64,000 nt of DNA from Amphiscolops sp. MND2022 (GCA_964187785.1 OZ076421.1:56668001-56732000); one strand, 5' to 3'. Positions 34,491 through 49,416 are shown, numbered from the stretch's first letter. Made by a program: numbers and translations. Notes: a model not told the origin generated them from the sequence alone.

Positions 34491-36019
34491 TATGTGACGT
34501 ACTTGTGAAACTTAAGCGTGAACACAAAATGATCGCGATTGTCAAGAAGTGGAAATTTTTAATTGAAACTGAAGAAGCAGTAAAATAATCCTACAAATAG
34601 TTTCCATGCAGGCTTCCCGAACTTTTCATGTTTTGCAGCATGTAAAAAGTTCAAGCAATCTCGACTAGGGATGCCAATGAAAAGGTTCGACTATTTTCTC
34701 AAAAGTTGCACAAAAACCCAAACGTTGAAGTTATTCTGTCACTCTCCAGATATTTTCTTGAAAAACTTTCAAATTTTTTCCATCAACATATCTGCAATAA
34801 AATATTGTCATTGAAATTACTTATTTTGTCATCGATTATTTTTGGAAAAAATCTATCTTTGATATGCTTTTCGACGTTTGGCAAAGTTTGTTGCCTAACA
34901 AATGTTTCTACTCGAAAACTTGCAAAAATGTTAGAAAACTCTTTCAAAAACCAGTTGCAATGCATGGTCGTTTTTTAAACACCCTGATCTAAAAATCTAG
35001 TTTCCTCTGTTTTTCAAAATCAACTTCAATAGCAAATCTGGGGCCTCAAAATCATATTTTAAAACAATTCAACTGAAACACATCGAAAAACAACGCGCGG
35101 CCCGGGTCGACAACTCAAGGTAACCCATCAGTGGCCATCGGGTTTCGCGCCTTCAAAATCCCATCGGTGGCCATGACACACTCTGCTGTAGACGAACGGT
35201 GGGTTAGTAACGGAAAGACTGAACAAGACAGGAACGTGTGAAGTCGGCGCTATATCTCAGGCTCAAAAAGCAAATAAATTCAAAAATTCCCAGGACGCAT
35301 TAATGAAAAGGTCAGAAATTATCTGCTTTTCATGCTCGCTAAGAATCGTAGGCCACTTTTTCCTCAACGGGAAACAAAAAAAAATTGGATTTTTTTCTTT
35401 CGAAAAATGTCACAATGTGGCAAAATAAGTAAATGGGGGATCTGTACCTAAATATCAAAAAATTGAATGGGGGACCTGTGACACATTCAAAACCATTTCG
35501 AAATAAAGTCTCGTAGTGCCAAAAAATCTAAATTATGTAACGTCAGGCAGTCGATGTTACAAAATTTCGATGAAAAATTCGAAATGTGCGGCATCAAATA
35601 AGCACATTCAAGATGGCCGACCCGACAGTTACGAAAATCGTAGAAAAACCAAAAAAAAACGTACAAACAGACCACCTTGTAGTCCCCGACACCCGAAGGC
35701 ACCCGGAAGAGGCTGAAAAGAGAGCGAAACCCAGTGTGGTGCCATATCATCCAGGAAAATATCGGAAGAGACCCTCCAGAATTAAGGTGCAACCTGTCAG
35801 TGGATCTTTGCAAGAACTCCTCCGGGACCTCCTTGAAGATGCCCGAGGAACTCTTAGTAGTTAATTTCACTTTTATTAATGTTTTTGGCAGGTTTATGAT
35901 GAAATTGGATCTAGCAGATCCCAATTTTGCTGATTTTAGATCTAATTCTGCAAATATAATGTTTTTTTTTGCGGAACACCGTTTTTGGACCTCGGAAGTA
36001 TATAGGAGTCGCGGCAACA

Positions 36020-36260
36020 CGTTAGCAACCTTAGGATTCGTTTTTACAGGCTTGCGGGACGTGTCCGGACTTTGAGAGTGCCGGCGCGTCGCCTCGGAGC
36101 TCTAACAGAGGAGCCTCCTTTGACGTCAGAATACTCCCCCTGAGAGACCATTTTGGGAGAAAAATTAGTGCCTAGGGCTGTAGTAAGATAACGGCCTCCT
36201 GTTTAAGCACCTCAGGCAATGTCCCACTTCCTAGATGTGCGCCGCCAGCCGGACGTTACA
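36020..36260. mobile_element. Second copy of the solo-LTR-like element
   Basis: Shares long identical stretches with 19852-20093 (e.g. GACTTTGAGAGTGCCGGCGCGTCGCCTCGGAGCTCTAA). Ends CGGACGTTACA. Confidence 0.6.
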
Positions 36261-37599
36261 TTAAAAACTCCAAGATGGCCAACGGGGAACCCTCAGTATG
36301 TTTTCGAGGTTTTGGACGTCGGTTTCGTTTTGGACGAGGTTGAGACGTATCCAGTATGTTTTGGATATGCGTAGTTCAAATTGCACATGAACAAAAAATT
36401 GGATTTCTCAGTGTGAGGTCTGTGATCTGGAGAAGAAACCGAAGAAAAAAGATCACTGTAAGAGTCAATTTTTGCTTCACAAAAAGCGCCAACTAAAAAC
36501 AGTGACACGAACATGCAGTCCATCAATGTAGCATTTTTCATTTCACCCAACTGCTCCGGGAGTTTGGTGGTTTTGTCTGAGCTATATTTGTTCTGTAACA
36601 CTGCTTACACAACGGCTTGAAAAAACGCGGTGCCAAAAAGTGTCCCCAGATGCTACCGGGGTCATTAATGTTACCGCAAAAAAAACTTATGTTGATATAA
36701 ATTTTCAAGGTTTTAGCTTAACTTGTAGCTTTGGAGTTTGAACGAAATTTATCATTCAATTGTTTTCACCGCCGATGGCTACCGGTGGGACAGGTATTGA
36801 AAGGGGACTGTTTACCACTTGTGGCAATCGGAGGATTTCCCTAGAGTGCCATGACGGGTATGTATTGTATGGTTGCCTTATTTGAAATGCTTTGAGCGTG
36901 TACCAGTACCATAGCTGAAATGTTGGTATCTTCTTGCAAGTGATAAAGCCATAGCTACTAAAAACAAGTCGGCAACGTCTCAAGTCGGCACCCCGCTCAA
37001 AGCTGAAAAAGAGCAAAGTTTTAAAAATATGCTCAGGGTGTTTTCGAGTAAAATCTATCATTCATAGGATCAAAAAAATTAGACATCTGGATAAAATTAA
37101 TCCAAAGACGGATAAATGCGGATAATGTTAAATGCGGATAATATCACTCTATAGACGGTATAGCCGAAGCAATGCGCTAAATCTGAGAATATTCTACATT
37201 ATATCCGGATAGACTTACTTTATAGATGTTCATAATTGTTCATGTGACCGGACTTGGTCGCCGGTCCAGTAGTTTAGTAGTTTCTGTGAAATGTGTCCAC
37301 TGTGCATACGTTCTGTTATCTGACGAAAAAAGAATTGGCCACTGTAACAGTCGCGCTCATTTTCTGTTGAAATGCGCCGTCTATAAAAAAGGTTCTTTTC
37401 TGCCCCATCTTTGTAATGACAGTTCACTTGGAATTTCTAGTTGACTGGGATTTCCTTCTGTCTCATTCAAGCTCAGTAGCTTTCTTAGATTAGTTTTTCT
37501 GCGTGTTCTCGAGACTTTGGAAGGTACCCAAAATCATTTCGGAAGATTAAAAAAAGTGAACACATTGACACCTGAAATAGACAAATTTGAAAGATTTTC

Positions 37600-38250
37600 G
37601 CTTCAGCTGACTAGAGGAAATTCTTTTTCACCGTGACAGAGATTAGTTTGTATTATCCCTCTTATCCCAGAGGCAAGGAAGACGACAGAATCGGACGTGA
37701 CATGAAATTGGTTGTAGTTTTTTCAGTATTTAAATTGTATAAATGATGCGTTGTATAAAGATGAACCATTAAAAGGAGTACCGTTTAATTTAAAGTACAT
37801 GTATCCCTGATGACAGATTTTCAGCTAGCAAATGTTGAAATTCTGTTCACATGAAGTAGCAGACAAAAAGCAGCTATGCAAGCCGAGCTATGATAAGAAA
37901 ACTCACAACGACTCAGTGAATGGTATGTTGAAGGAGAGACAATTTAAATGAACAAATTAAAAACCCATCCATGTCTGCCAAAATGCTCAGCATAAAAGAG
38001 CTGATATTTTCCAATTACAAACAAAAGAAGGGGATTAGCTAAAACAAATCTGGGAACGGGGATTGGATGTCAAAAGTAAAAGCAGTTTTCAAATGAACAA
38101 GCAAATATAATTATCAGGAAATTCGGTTCAGTAAATGGGATGTAAAGGAAAGATGAGACAAACAGCGGAACAGAGATTGAAAACTTCTATCAGATCTTAC
38201 GAGAGAACGTGTATCAAAGAGGAGACGAAGTGTGGAAAATAAAAAAAACA
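37600..38250 (+). pseudogene. Possible very old LINE RT 3' relic
   Basis: Only faint cues needing indels: YADD-like TATCCCTGATGAC, NSQRLSEWY, and a KYLG..LD-like segment. Confidence 0.22.
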
Positions 38251-38289
38251 GATGCGAACAATTGAATAAAAAGAAACAAGCCGAGATCG

Positions 38290-38620
38290 GCCCTAGTCGG
38301 CGACATATTTAAGGCTCAATAAGACTCGAAAACCACTTTTTCTACAACTGGAGACAACAAAAGCTCTCAAAAAACTAAAAATTGAGGTAAAAATTTTTTC
38401 GATTTTTTTTGAATTTTTTTTGAAGTCTCTGGTGAGTCACATAGTGCCGAAAAATGTGAAAGGGAGAACCCTTTGGGATTTTTTGAACATCCTTTCTGTT
38501 GCAAAATATTAAAAAATTGACGGGGGGACCCTTTGGAGCAATAAAAAAAATTTCGAAAAAATGAGAAACTTGAACAGTCTCACAGTGCCGAAAAAAGGGG
38601 GAAAGGGGGACCCTTTTGCT
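38290..38620. repeat. Member of dispersed GTGCCGAAAAA / GGGGACCCTTTGG repeat family
   Basis: The same motifs recur near 21.9-22.2, 27.6, 28.7-28.9, 35.2-35.5 and 39.8 kb, often with AGTCGGCGC...GGCTC(A)AAAA. Confidence 0.75.
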
Positions 38621-39186
38621 TTGGAATGGCTTTTCATATCATGTTAGAGGCTGCGTCGAAAATGAAGTCCTAAGTACATATGGTAAAAGTGCATAATGCA
38701 CAAAAAGTGGACCGATCGCGTTGAACTGACGAAAAAAACTAGTCACTGTAAGAGTCGAGTTTTTCTTCGAAAACGACGAATAAAAACAACAAATTTCGTG
38801 GAAACAATTAAACCTACTTGCAAAAATTATGCGGTGAGAATTTGGACCCGATGAAAAACAAAATTTGTAGAAAATGTTGGGAAAAAGGTACCTTCAAATA
38901 GCATGCAAATCGAAACCAAACTGGCGGTGAAACAAGACCCCGAATCAAAAGAAACAGAAAAAAGTGAATTACTCATGAAAACTGGCCGTTAAGCTATTTT
39001 TTTTATTTTCCGCCCATATTTCATATGGGAAAGGAAAATATTTAAATCAAACGGGTTTTTTTTTTTTTACAAAATTTGCCAAGATTTTATTTATATTTAA
39101 ATTTAAGGGTGTTACCCTTAGAATTCAACCCACATAAATTTAGCTTCGTGCGATATGTATTTGTAGAGATTTTTGAAGTTTTTTTA

Positions 39187-39268
39187 AAAAATGACGAAAA
39201 TGACGAAAATGACCCCTTAATGACAAAATGACCCCTTAATGACAAAATGACCCCGAAAATGACAAAAA
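39187..39268. repeat. Short ATGAC-based tandem repeat
   Basis: AAATGACG / AAATGACCCCTT / AATGAC iterations. Confidence 0.85.
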
Positions 39269-40914
39269 TTCCCAAATTTCTCATTTTTATGCAATTTTTG
39301 CCATTTTTTGAGACACCGCGAATTAGAAAAATGGACAAGATGAATCGAAGCTTTCTTTTCTTCGAACTTCTCAGCGTTTTTATAGTGCATTAGTTATTCT
39401 TGAGCCTCAAATTTATGTAGTTGTAGAACAGTTCGGGGCGGAAAATATCCCGCTCCTCAGCGGGCGTCTTGTTTTAAATATAAACAAAAATTTTATACCA
39501 CTGAGCTGCAAATGAAACAAAATCAGCCACTTTTCGACCTCATTTTTTGACGGAAAAAGTTCAAAAAAACTTAGTGTAAATAATTCTTTACTGATCTCAA
39601 AACCAGTTAATGTAAAAACCAATAAAAATGAAAAAAAAATCCAGGGCGCCCTTGTCTCCATAATAGAACTTAGGCTAACTCAAAAATTGAACTTTTCCCT
39701 ATCTCGATCCTTTCATGAAAGTTATTTTCAGGAAAAATATCACACAAAGGGAAACTTTCAAGCCGGAAAAAGGTCAGGGGAAAATGTCTTTCATCAACGT
39801 CAGGTGAAAACCTTTTTTCACCCAAAAAAAATTGCATCGTGCCGAAAAACCAAAAGTGCCTTCTAGTCTCTCAAAGCGCTTTGTCCTGGCTAAAATCGAG
39901 AAATGAAAGAAGGGAATCCTTCGGTAAATCAGATGAAAATTTTGGGAAAGCTTGCTCGTTTTTTGGGAAGGGGGTTTGGTTTGCTGGTCTTCTCTCTACC
40001 TTCAAAAAAAGACTTTAGACCACCTACAGCTGCTTCCGAGACCCCATCATCAGGCAGAGAAATCTCCACTCCACCTCTAGGCCAAACTGAAATTACTATA
40101 TATCTTTCCACTGGCATCCAATAGTTATTTTCATGAACTGGTAGAAAAAATTTGAAAATTTCTTGTCTCAAAACTAAGATTTTTTGTTTTTTTTTTGTTT
40201 TTTCAAGGAAACGAGAAATAATGAACGTATGTGTTCGTTTTCCAAAAGCGCTTACTGGAATTACAATGGTCGTAATCAAGACATTTCAGGAAACTTGGAA
40301 ATGCAGTACATAATAAACGATATTTACAACAGATTTGTTGGCATTTTGGTGTACCAGCCAGTGTATAGTGTTACGTCCAGTCAAAGGAGAACATTCTAGA
40401 ATTGGAAGGTTACATAGATCGCCTAGAAAGGAGGCCATGATCTTACAGTAGCCTAAAGATGGTGGTCATGTTACACTGTGATCACATTTGCGACCATGTT
40501 AAGCTGAAGTATGAAAACGATGGTAGTGATAACACTACTTTGTAAATCAACTGTTTTTCATGAATAGACCATATGGTGAAAGATATCTTCTCTTCTTTTC
40601 TTGAGCTCGGCTGTTGTTAGTCAACAACCTGTACTTTTTGGAGAGATTATGTATTGGCATGGCTAGAGCTCTGCCACAGACCATTTGAGTTGTCAGCAGC
40701 ACATGTGTAGAACATCATCTTGCCGTTTTTCTCCTGATCAGATCTCGTTCATGTTGTCTGTGTTGCTTTGAAAGACAACATTCGGGTTCAACTTGCCTCC
40801 TCATCTTTCACGTGTGCGCGTATCTGATCAATTTGTGCGCGTACACACGACCCCTGCATCATTGGATAAGTTAGCTCATACCATAACAACCAAGCGTTTG
40901 ACATCTTGGATATC

Positions 40915-41195
40915 CTGCCACGGTCTTACGAAAATCTTGAATTCTTGAATAACTTGGAAAGATCTTAGGTTTTATCTTGACATCTTGAATTTCTTGGTAA
41001 GATCTTGGATTTCATCTTGGATATCTTGACAAGATCTTGGATCTTGGAAATCTTGGTAAGATCTTGGATTTCATCTTGTATATCTTGACAAGATGTTGGA
41101 ATCTATCTAGGATTTCTCCGAAGATCTTGTCAGAACTTGCAAGATCTTGTCATAATCTTGGAAGATTTGGAAAGAGCCTGGCTAGATATCCAAGA
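40915..41195. repeat. Low-complexity (AAGA)TCTTGG array
   Basis: Dense ATCTTGG/AAGATCTTG repeats resembling the subterminal repeats of the 19588-20268 element. Confidence 0.8.
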
Positions 41196-42977
41196 TGTCA
41201 AACGCTCGGCAAATAAAAGCAGTTTTGGTATTGAAGTATCAAGAGACATTGTTTTCTCGAAGTCCAAGGGAACCCAGGGTCTACTACTAGCGACTAACGT
41301 ATCAGCTATCCCAAGTAAAGGTTCCAGAAATTTCGACAATACCAGTACCAAATCTGATGTACAAACTGAACACATTCCGCTAGCCAATTCGCAATGGTAA
41401 CACGAGATGATGAAATATATGCGAAAAAAACATTCTATATGCTGAGGAAGTGTCGGTTATTCTAAATTTACGGCATCATGTACAAGTGTGAAACACTCGG
41501 GGACAGCAGATCCGCGTTGCATTTAATAGTGATGACAGTGAAACGATCCAACCCTTCTGTGATCAGCAATGACACTGGATGTTTATGAAAATCAACTACT
41601 CGTTGAAACTCTTATTTGACAATTCGTGCAAAAGTTCAAATTCTTTCTATATTTCAACATTTATACTGGTTCGACTGACAGCAACATTTCTTCGCTGTCC
41701 ACTGAGGATCCCTCATCTAATCAAGGTTCCAACTATCTATTTTTGTTACACAAATCGGAAGGTTGCTGAATCTTCCAATTTAAACATGAATGAAGGATTT
41801 GACCTCTGTGAAAAATCTTTGAAAACGGGCTATTCAAGGTTTGTAATGGAAATTAGGCCCGCAAAACGGTTTGTGGAACAAATCTTGTCAAAGTATCAAC
41901 AACGTCTGTTCAATGAGTTCAATATAAATAATTTATGAGAATTGGAAGAGGATTCCGCAAGTCGTCAATTCTCAAAAGATGACGAACCATGTGAAAAACA
42001 TTGTTCATACAACGTAGTACCAAAAGAGCCGATTTGCCGAAGTTGCATTTCAAGCAAGATAGTCAGTTGGGAGAATGTTTTCAAAACATTCTCCCAAATG
42101 ACTATCTTGCTTGAAATGCAACTTCGGAAAATCGGCTCTTTTGGTACTACGCTGTATTAAGTTTGTACTAATACGTACTAAGTACGTACTAATACGTTGT
42201 ACTAAGTTGATTGAGCAAACGATTGTTTCAAGTCAATTGAAAATCTATTAACTGAAATGTGAAGCTGAGCTCAACTCACTTTACGAAGCCGATCAAATTG
42301 CGGAAACTGTACATTTGAAGGGGGTTCCAACAAAACAGTCACAGGTGTGAAGAACGCAAATGGACTTGATATGATACAGAGTTAGGGAAAACTAGATGTT
42401 GTTTTCGATGGATCAGGGAAGCCTTCAGGTGGAAAGTCTTTAGATAACACCTTGATGGCCTGTCCAACAGTGAAAGATGATCTTTACTCCATTATCATGC
42501 ATTTTCGGGGAGTATTCTTGTCTCTTTCTCATCAGATATAGAGAAAGTGGCTCGGCAAGTGACATACCACACAATACTACCTTTCATTGCAGTATTTGGC
42601 GTGGAAAACTAGCACATCTATACAAGAATTTCGCATGATAAGAGTAACATACATCATGACTTTTTACTCTTTTTACTCCACGAGAAGCCTCGAAGAAGTC
42701 CCAAAGCAGAGTAGCAACCCAAAGGTCCTCTGCCGTTTGGAACATTCGTTCAAGATAAATGACTTCCTATGTTGATCAATCTGCGTCGAAGACGACAACA
42801 GCTGATTTCAGATCTTCATTTTGAACTCAACTTCTGGTTTCTGCTTCGTTATATTGTATCAAGGTGCTCTACATCGATTCGAGAATACGACAATTCAGGG
42901 GAAATGACAAAAGAATGAAAAGTCTTTCGAAATGAATGCACTATAAAAGCTTCGGAATCATTGGAACTTTTGACACT

Positions 42978-43369
42978 TGTCATGCAATGCATGATTTAAT
43001 TTCTCGGACTTTTATAACAATGAAATTGACTGATGAATCACGCCATTGATGAATCATTATTGCCTTTGATGTCACTCAATCCACATAATTGACAATTTAA
43101 TCCCGCAAAATGCATTTCCAACTGGAGATGTTTCGACAAGGAATTTTCAAGGTTATGTTTTGTTTCCATACCCTTCATAGTCAACCCTTTATGTGAACTG
43201 TTACATTGAACTAAGCCTAAGTCTTAGACCGCTTTCTTGAACATTCAATATGAAAAATTACTGAACCCTTTACTAAGTAACGCCTTTCGTTTCCGGTATT
43301 TGGAGACTGCCTGGAGACATACAGGTACTCAGTAGTCTTTCTCTAAACTTTCTTTAACTACTATACACA
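42978..43369 (+). repeat. BEL 5' LTR
   Basis: TGTCATGC...TATACACA. About 10 substitutions and 2 indels versus the 3' LTR (manual count). Confidence 0.96.
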
Positions 43370-43600
43370 TTATTTTGGCGCCCCTTATTCTGACCCGTTT
43401 ACCCTTAATTACCTTAGTTTTCTTCGTTGGTTTGTGAAATTTTCGTTATAAAGTTCTAATTTTATTGCCTTATTTTAAGTTTGTTGATTTAATTGACATA
43501 CTACGAAGGATACCAGTTTGATTAAAATGGTTTCCACGCGAAGTCAAGGTCAAAATGATGACAACGTGGATGTTGATGTAGCCAATAGCAATGAGCTCGA

Positions 43601-46600
43601 ATGAATTTAGCTAATGGGCAAACTTCCAACGATAGCATTGCTAACATGCAAGTGGCGCAAAATGACAATGAAATTTCACGCTTGTTGTCACTACAGCAAC
43701 TTAGTCTGGACGACATTCATTGCTCACTTGATTTTGTCAATAATTGTATTGACGCAAACGAATCCACTGATATGTGTCGGGAATTTTTTGTGGAAACAGA
43801 GCAAAAGGTGGATGAATTTGAGTCTTTAACGAAAGAAATCATTCTACTTGCAAATACCCACCTTCATACCCAGTCAGAACGACTAGCTGGGGTTAAGAAT
43901 GACTTGCGAACTATTCGTTTGAAGTTAATGAAAAAGCACAGCTCTGATCAATTGTGCAAAACTGCTCGGCCTACGGTAAATGACACAACTTCTATTGAAC
44001 GAACAGTCACTTCTAACAACACTCTACCGGCCTTCACAACTGCTGACCTCTCTTCAGAGTCGAATATTCCTGGAATTTCTTCAACAACTGCTGGAACCAA
44101 TGGGACATGATTCTGCGAAGCCACAGTCGATCAATCGCCCATCTTATTTTCATCAAGGAGTTGGAACATCACAGAGGATGTCTTCAACATTCCAAAAATC
44201 AATTCCCAAAGTCACACCCACAGTTTTCAATGGAGACCCGCTTCTCTGGTTAAATTAGATTGGAATCTTTAATGCCACAATTCATTCATCTGACATGACA
44301 ACAGCTGAAAAAATGACGCATTTACAAACACTTGTCAAGGATCAAGCAAAGTCTACCATTCGTGGATATGGGTACAATGGAGACATGTATTTCATTGCAC
44401 TGAAGCGTCTTCAAGACACATTTGGATATCCAACTAAAATTATCACCTCTTTTCTGCAACGCCTCAGCAGCCACCCTTCTCCATCTCTTCGACAACCCGA
44501 TTCTTTTACTGCCTATTCAAATTTTTTGACGACCTTAGTTGACACTTTCGAGCAGTTGAATTTTCAGCACGACATTTGCTCGACAACCAACGTTCAACAA
44601 GCCTTAGCAAAGCTACCCACAGAAACTAGACTATCCTGGAACCGACATGCCGTTTCTTCAGGACTCCAACGACCAACGCTAAAAGACATTACCTCATGGT
44701 TACGGGAATTCGCTCTCGCCTGCAGTGAATTTCCTGTAGCAAAACATCTTGCACCTTCTGAACACTCGACAGCGAAGTTCTTTCGACCTTCAAGTTCAAA
44801 AAGCAGCGCTCTCCGCCAACCTTTTGCCAACGACAAAACACACTCAGCACCATCAACGGACAAAGTCAAAAAAGATTTCTGTCCCGGATCAAAGGGATGC
44901 GATCTGCTTCGACAATGCCCTCATTTCAAATCCCTTAGTATTCAGAACAGATACGAACACGTTAAAAAATTGTAAACTTTGTTTCAATTGCCTAGGACCT
45001 CACGCATTTAAGGATTGTAAATCTGAAACAACCAGCCGAATTGAAGGTTGTCACCGACGACACCACACGTTGTTGCACCGTGATCAGCAACCAGCAGTAA
45101 CTTCAACAGTCAACACCCGACGTCATCAGCCTGGTATTGTGCCCATTGTTCCCGTTACCCTCTCTTACGGAAACAATCGACTTTCGACATACGCCCTGCT
45201 TGATTCCGGAAGTTCTGTGACACTACTTGCCGAATCAGCTCCCAAGCAATTGAAACCCAATCTACAATTGGTAATCAACCACTCAGTGTTTCTGGGATCA
45301 ACACTGTTGCAGAAATACAAGTAGCAACCCTACAATGTTTCATCGGACTGTACAACTCCGCTGTTCAGCCTCACAGACTCGACAATGTTCTTTCAGTGCC
45401 AACACTGAACGTTCAAACAGCGCAACCGAATTTCTTCAACTCAGTTTGCCAGCAACATCCTCATCTTAAACACGTCACATTCCCGCAACTACATTCTAAT
45501 AATGTTTCACTCCTGATCGGAGTGGACGCTTATGATGTTATTTGCAGCCGAGGAGTCATTCATGGACCACCCAACACGCCCAAAGCACTGAACACAGTTC
45601 TTGGATGGACAATAGTAGGAACTAGCAGTCATCAGCTACCATCGACAGCAGAGACACTCCTCGTCCAAACGCCGACATTGGATCACGAACTTTTCCATCA
45701 AGTTCAAAATTGGATGCGACTTGACAATGAAGGAGTTTCTTCAACCAAAAAAGCGTTTTCAGCCAACGATCGTCGCGCCGAGAACATTCTCCAGTCTACA
45801 ACAACGAAAGTTGGAGACCGATACCAAATCGGCCTTCTCTGGAAACCAAATGTTGATCTGCCCAACAATCGATGGGTTGCCGAACGCCAGCTGCGCACCC
45901 TCGAACAACGCCTGCAGAAAGACCCAACACTCAAAGAGCAATACAAGAAAACAATCGATGACGATCTTGCCAAGGGTTACATCGTAGAAGTACCGACAGT
46001 CGACGCCACCTTGAAAAATGGTACCTTCCACATCATCCAATTACCAACGTTAACAAACCAGGAAAAGTTCGTCGCGTGACAAATGCCAGCAGTGTCTTCA
46101 AACGACAGTCACTCAACAACAGTTTACTTACAGGACCGGATTTTCTTTGCAACCTAGAAGAATTGATAATGCGATTTCGCCTACATTCAGTCGCAATATC
46201 CGCTGACATTGAGGCCATGTTCATGCAAGTGCTTGTGGACCCTAAAGACCGACAGTATCTACGTTTTTTGATGGAGTAACGACACGAAGACAATCGAATT
46301 CGAGTACACCAGACATATTTTCGGGGCAACAGACTCCCCTTGCGTTGCCTGCTATGCCGTCCGCAAGTGTGCCAAGGACAATGAAGCTGTTTATCCTGGT
46401 CTGCCCGCAATTGTACAGCGGAACATTTATATGGATGGTTTGTATGTCAGCCTCACATCAGAAGAAGACGCCACAGACACGGCTCGGAAACTTCGGGAAA
46501 TTTTAGCATCAGGAGGTTTCAACCTAACCAAATGGAGCTCGAACAGCCGTAATTTTCTAGCAGGTTTGAGCCCCGAACTACGAGCAACTGGAGCCAATCC

Positions 46601-48949
46601 CGACGATAAATTGACACTGCAGCGGGTCCTTGGTTTGCCATGGGACCCAGAGAAAGACACGTACCTCATCCACCCGGAAAGCTACTGTAAAGCCAAGGAC
46701 ATTCGAATACCAACTCAACGCAATCTGCTGAAATTTACTTCTTCTATATTCGATCCCTTAGGTATCACAGCACCGTTAATCATTCGATTGCGATGTATTA
46801 TGCAGCTTGCTTGGAGCACCGGACAACAACGGGACAAACCTATTCCAGAAGATCAACTCGCAGAATTCCAACAGTGGACCGAGGAAATCGACCATCTCGA
46901 GACTACTCAACTACCTCGACAGCTGCATAACTACCGAAGTCAGCCCAAACATCATGAACTTCATGTTTTCTCCGATGCGTCCGAGAAAGCATTCGCCGCA
47001 GTTTCCTACCTGCGTACAACTCACGACGACAGTCACGTCAGCATCACTTTTCTAATCGGAAAAGCAAGAGTCGCCCCAATGAAACGACTCACAATTCCGA
47101 ACTTAGAACTTCAAGCAGCCACATTAGGAAGCCGCCTTGCTACCTACATCAAAGAAGAACTCGACCTCCACATAGCTCGGACACTCATGTGGACGGACAG
47201 TACAACAGTTTTACACTGGATCAACGCTTCTAATCAAAGACACAGGATTTTCGTAGCGAACCGCCTGAATATTATTCTCGACTCGACAGAAGCTTCAGAT
47301 TGGCGATACGTTCCAACTATCGAAAATCCCGCAGATGATGGAACAAGAGGATATCAATCTAACCAGGTGAATGCCACTTCACGTTGGATTCAAGGACCCT
47401 CATTTCTACAGAAAAAAGAACAGTTTTGGCCAACACAGCCTCCAATTTCTCAACAAGTTGCTATGTCTCATGCCGACGCACCACCAGAGTGCAGTAAAAG
47501 CCCTCCTTTTGACATTACCCGCTTCAGTAATTGGAACCGTCTAATCAGGACCGTTGCTCCGACAAAGCCAAAAACAATCAAGCCTCCCTTACTTTGGAAC
47601 ATGTTCTCAAAGCATTCAAGTTCCTCATCAAGAATATTCAGCAGCAGTCCTTCTCTAAAGAAATAAACGAGCTTTTGCAGAAGAAATCCCTATCTAACAA
47701 GTCTAGGATTGTACAACTCCGTCCCTTCATCGACGACCATGGCTTCTTGCGTTCTCGTGGCCGCCTTGGAAAGGCCTCGATAATTCTCTGTAGCCGATAC
47801 CCAGTCATCTTGGATGCTGAGAACCCTTCGATCGACCTCTACTTGAAACACGTTCACGACACCAATGGACATTGTGGACTCGAGTTCAGCTGTGCCCTGA
47901 TTCAACAACAATTTTGGATTCTGAAAGCCCGAAAAGTGTTACGACGAATCATCCGACATTGTATCACCTGCCGCAGACAGCAACAAGATGTTATCCAGCC
48001 AATAATGGCTGATTTGCCGAAAGAAAGACTCCCTTCTACAATCAATTATCCCTTCCGCACCACTGGAATTGATTACATGGGACCGTTCTTCATTAAAACT
48101 CCACGTGGCGAACAACGGTACGTCCTTTTCTTTACCTGCCTCGTTACAAGAGCTGTTCACATCGAAGTTACTGCAAAATGGAACACAGACGACACAATTC
48201 TAGCCATTCGACGATTCATTTGTCGTAGAGGCCAGCCTCAGTCTATCAGATCCGACAACGCAACTACATTTGTCTCTGCCAACAAAGACCTAAACGCCGC
48301 TTTGAAGAAACTTGAATTAGCGTCACCAGAGATTTCAGCTTGTCTTGGACTTCAATATATCGCCTAGTATTTCAACCCACCCGCTGCTCCTCATTTTGGA
48401 GGCGCATGGGAGCGGTTGATCCGCTCTTTCAAAGACACCTTCTACAAAATTGTTGGATCAAGAACCCTTCAAAAACCGACGCTACACACCTTTGCCTGTG
48501 AAAATGAGGCTATCATGAACAACCGCCCACTTCTCCACGTTTCTTCAGACGTCACCGACATGGAACCTTTACCTCCAAATCATCTTTTACTTGGTAGACC
48601 TCAGCCGGTTGTACCAATAGGTATCTTCGACCAAGACGCAGACGCCTACACCTGGAAGAAAGCCCAAGTTCTGGCCGACAATTTTTGGTCCAGGTTCATC
48701 AAAGAGTACCTCCTCACACTTCAACGGAGAACCAAGTGGACAAAAAACTCAGAAGATTTAAATCCTGGAGATTTAGTCTGGATTTTAGAAGACTTCATCG
48801 CCCGTGGAATATGGCCCGTTGGAAGAGTTAAATCCCTCACTAGAGGAACTGACAATGTAGCCCGCTCATGTGACCTCGCCACATCTTTTGGAATTATAAA
48901 AAGAACTGCAGTGAAACTTTCGAAACTCTTCATTTGTGACCGCGACTAA
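43601..48949 (+). pseudogene. BEL gag-pol (frameshifted)
   Basis: Gag EKMTHLQTLV...LKRLQDTFG, knuckles CFNCLGPHAFKDC / HHTLLH, protease YALLDSGS, RT SLNNSLLTGPDF...ADIEAMFMQV and IYMDG, RH FSDASEKAF...KARVAP...PNLELQAA, INT GIDYMGP, SDNATTF, GGAWERLI. Confidence 0.95.
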
Positions 48950-49021
48950 CCCAGACCCTCTCAAACTTGATGACTTGCAAACTCTGATAGTTTATTTGCC
49001 TCCTGCAAATGGGGCCGGCCA

Positions 49022-49416
49022 TGTCATGCAATGCATGATTTCATTTCTCGGACTTTTATAACAATGAAATTGACTGATGAATCACGCCATTGATGAATCA
49101 TTATTGCTTTTGTTGTCACTCAATCCACATAATTGACAATTTAATCCCGCAAAATGGATTTTCAACTGGAGATGTTTCGACAAGGAATTTTCAAGGTTAT
49201 GTTTTTTTCCATACCCTTCATAGTCAACCCTTTATGTGAACTGTTACATTGAATTACGCCTAAGTCTTAGACCGCTTTCTTGAACATTCAATATGAAATA
49301 TTACTAAACCCTTTACTAAGTAACGCCTTTCGTTTCCGGTATTTGGAGACTGCCTGGAGACATACAGGTACTGAGTAGTCTTTCTCTAAACTTTCTTTAA
49401 CTACTTACTATACACA
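49022..49416 (+). repeat. BEL 3' LTR
   Basis: Direct repeat of 42978-43369. Confidence 0.96.

Larger units (their letters stand above)
42978..49416 (+). mobile_element. Full-length BEL/Pao LTR retrotransposon
   Basis: LTRs 42978-43369 and 49022-49416, perfect 5-bp TSD ACACT (42973-42977 / 49417-49421), PBS TGGCGCCCC (43376), PPT ATGGGGCCGGCCA. Confidence 0.97.

Noticed and set aside
42165-42206. GTACTAA(TAC) micro-repeat
   Set aside because: Small slippage or filler repeat inside the old BEL; no further structure.
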